Positions 63,247 through 64,000 of a DNA stretch of 64,000 bases are shown here, one piece after another (positions within the stretch are counted from its first letter, which is position 1; every line of letters begins with the position of its first letter). The translations under genes and the position numbers were made by a program. The notes below the pieces were generated by a model that worked only from the letters and a program-made list of their open reading frames with translations, had not been told where the DNA came from and made no database searches. Source of the DNA: Planctomycetota bacterium (GTDB lineage: Bacteria > Planctomycetota > GCA-002687715 > DRQF01); NCBI GenBank assembly GCA_047639315.1, contig JBLINQ010000003.1, forward strand, positions 10,452 through 74,451, read 5' to 3'.

Positions 63247-64000
63247 ATGACCGCAAAAAACCGCAAAATCATCATCCTTCCGTTCGCATTAGAAGAAGAA
63301 GGATTGCGAAGTAAATCTGATTTCCTGGGGCGCCAAATCCCTATTTACCTGCGCAACTGTTTTGAGAAACAAGAGCCCGGTCGTGTCGTTGCTTCACCGA
63401 TCGCAACCGAAAAATCAAACTTTCGCTATTGGGTCGTCCACAAGGATCTTTGGCGTGACGATGCCGCTCGGAGTTTTGCGCGCGAGCGAGGTTACGACAT
63501 CGTGGTCTTTGGTATCCTCTCGGGGCCGAGCAGCGAAGGTTCTATTCGAACGCTCAGGTTGAAGAGCCTCATGGTGGAAAGCGGCAAGATCCTGGTCGAC
63601 AAGACCATCACTGGCGACATCTTCCGAATCATGAGAACAAGCCTCGAGGGATTGAGCGTCTATGCCTCGATGATCCCTCGGGATGCAGCCGCCCTGTTTA
63701 CACCTGAAACAGAATCGGCACCGGCTTTTGAGAACTACCTGCGTGGTCTGGACGTCTTGTTGGCCCTTCGTTCCGACGGCATCCAACTCAATAACTACGA
63801 GAAGGCTCTTGAGCCGTTCAAACGTGCCCTCAGGATTGATGGCGAATTTGGTATCGCATTGACCGCGGGTCTAAGTTGCGCACTTCAAGCTGTCGAACCT
63901 CAAGGCGAGAAGATGACGACCGAGGTGATCCAAGAGGCGATCGAATCGTGGATGGAGATTTCTCCTTTAGATCATCGAAACTACGCCGTGCTCGCTGAAA
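63247..64000 (+). CDS. hypothetical protein (TPR-like C-terminal part), 3' end outside window
   Basis: I translated the frame from ATG 63247 by hand and found no stop codon up to the window end. It is absent from the ORF track because it has no stop in the window. The antisense ORF at 63415-63786 is a shadow. Confidence 0.55.
   Translation, partial: MTAKNRKIIILPFALEEEGLRSKSDFLGRQIPIYLRNCFEKQEPGRVVASPIATEKSNFRYWVVHKDLWRDDAARSFARERGYDIVVFGILSGPSSEGSIRTLRLKSLMVESGKILVDKTITGDIFRIMRTSLEGLSVYASMIPRDAAALFTPETESAPAFENYLRGLDVLLALRSDGIQLNNYEKALEPFKRALRIDGEFGIALTAGLSCALQAVEPQGEKMTTEVIQEAIESWMEISPLDHRNYAVLAE

Noticed and set aside
1-64000. Looked for mobile elements, prophage genes, toxin-antitoxin pairs, restriction-modification or other known defence systems, and for CRISPR arrays
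   Set aside because: I found no transposase, integrase, recombinase, nuclease-helicase or Cas-like motifs, and no regular repeat-spacer structure. The window looks like core or accessory chromosomal signalling and metabolism rather than a defence or mobile island.

Overview
Dense chromosomal window of about 50 protein-coding genes, moderate GC, from an unidentified Gram-negative-type bacterium. The gene content (many ECF sigma factors, eukaryote-like Ser/Thr kinases, an MglA/MglB polarity module, CarboxypepD_reg-repeat and HEAT/TPR proteins) would fit a Planctomycetota/PVC-like or Myxococcota/Bdellovibrionota-like lineage, but I cannot assign it from sequence alone. I recognised no rRNA, tRNA, CRISPR array, transposase or integrase. 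Housekeeping or metabolic genes: monomeric isocitrate dehydrogenase, pcnB-type nucleotidyltransferase, glcD-glcE-glcF translationally coupled to an acyl-CoA ligase, ubiE/menG, cyclophilin PPIase, the lepB 3' end, an M50 protease and an OmpR-type two-component system. Two signalling islands stand out. (1) 12.4-18.3 kb holds a co-directional cluster: TPR-Roadblock, Roadblock, an MglA GTPase with a ~230-aa low-complexity extension ending in a TM anchor, MglB, a Cys-rich protein, an ECF sigma, an anti-sigma and a YkgJ Cys-cluster protein. It is followed convergently by a 990-aa protein that fuses an ECF sigma factor to a TM helix and a large repeat ectodomain. (2) 29.9-41.6 kb is a Ser/Thr phospho-signalling island with a metallophosphoesterase, an FHA protein, PP2C, a kinase-TM-TM-FHA protein, a GT-C glycosyltransferase coupled to an FHA-TM protein, a large secreted protein and a kinase-pseudokinase tandem. 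By eye, the C-terminal ~300 aa of the FHA protein in island 2 align collinearly with FtsZ landmarks but with a degenerate tubulin signature. This is my top candidate for something undescribed. All homology calls are made by eye from motifs and need profile or structure searches to confirm.
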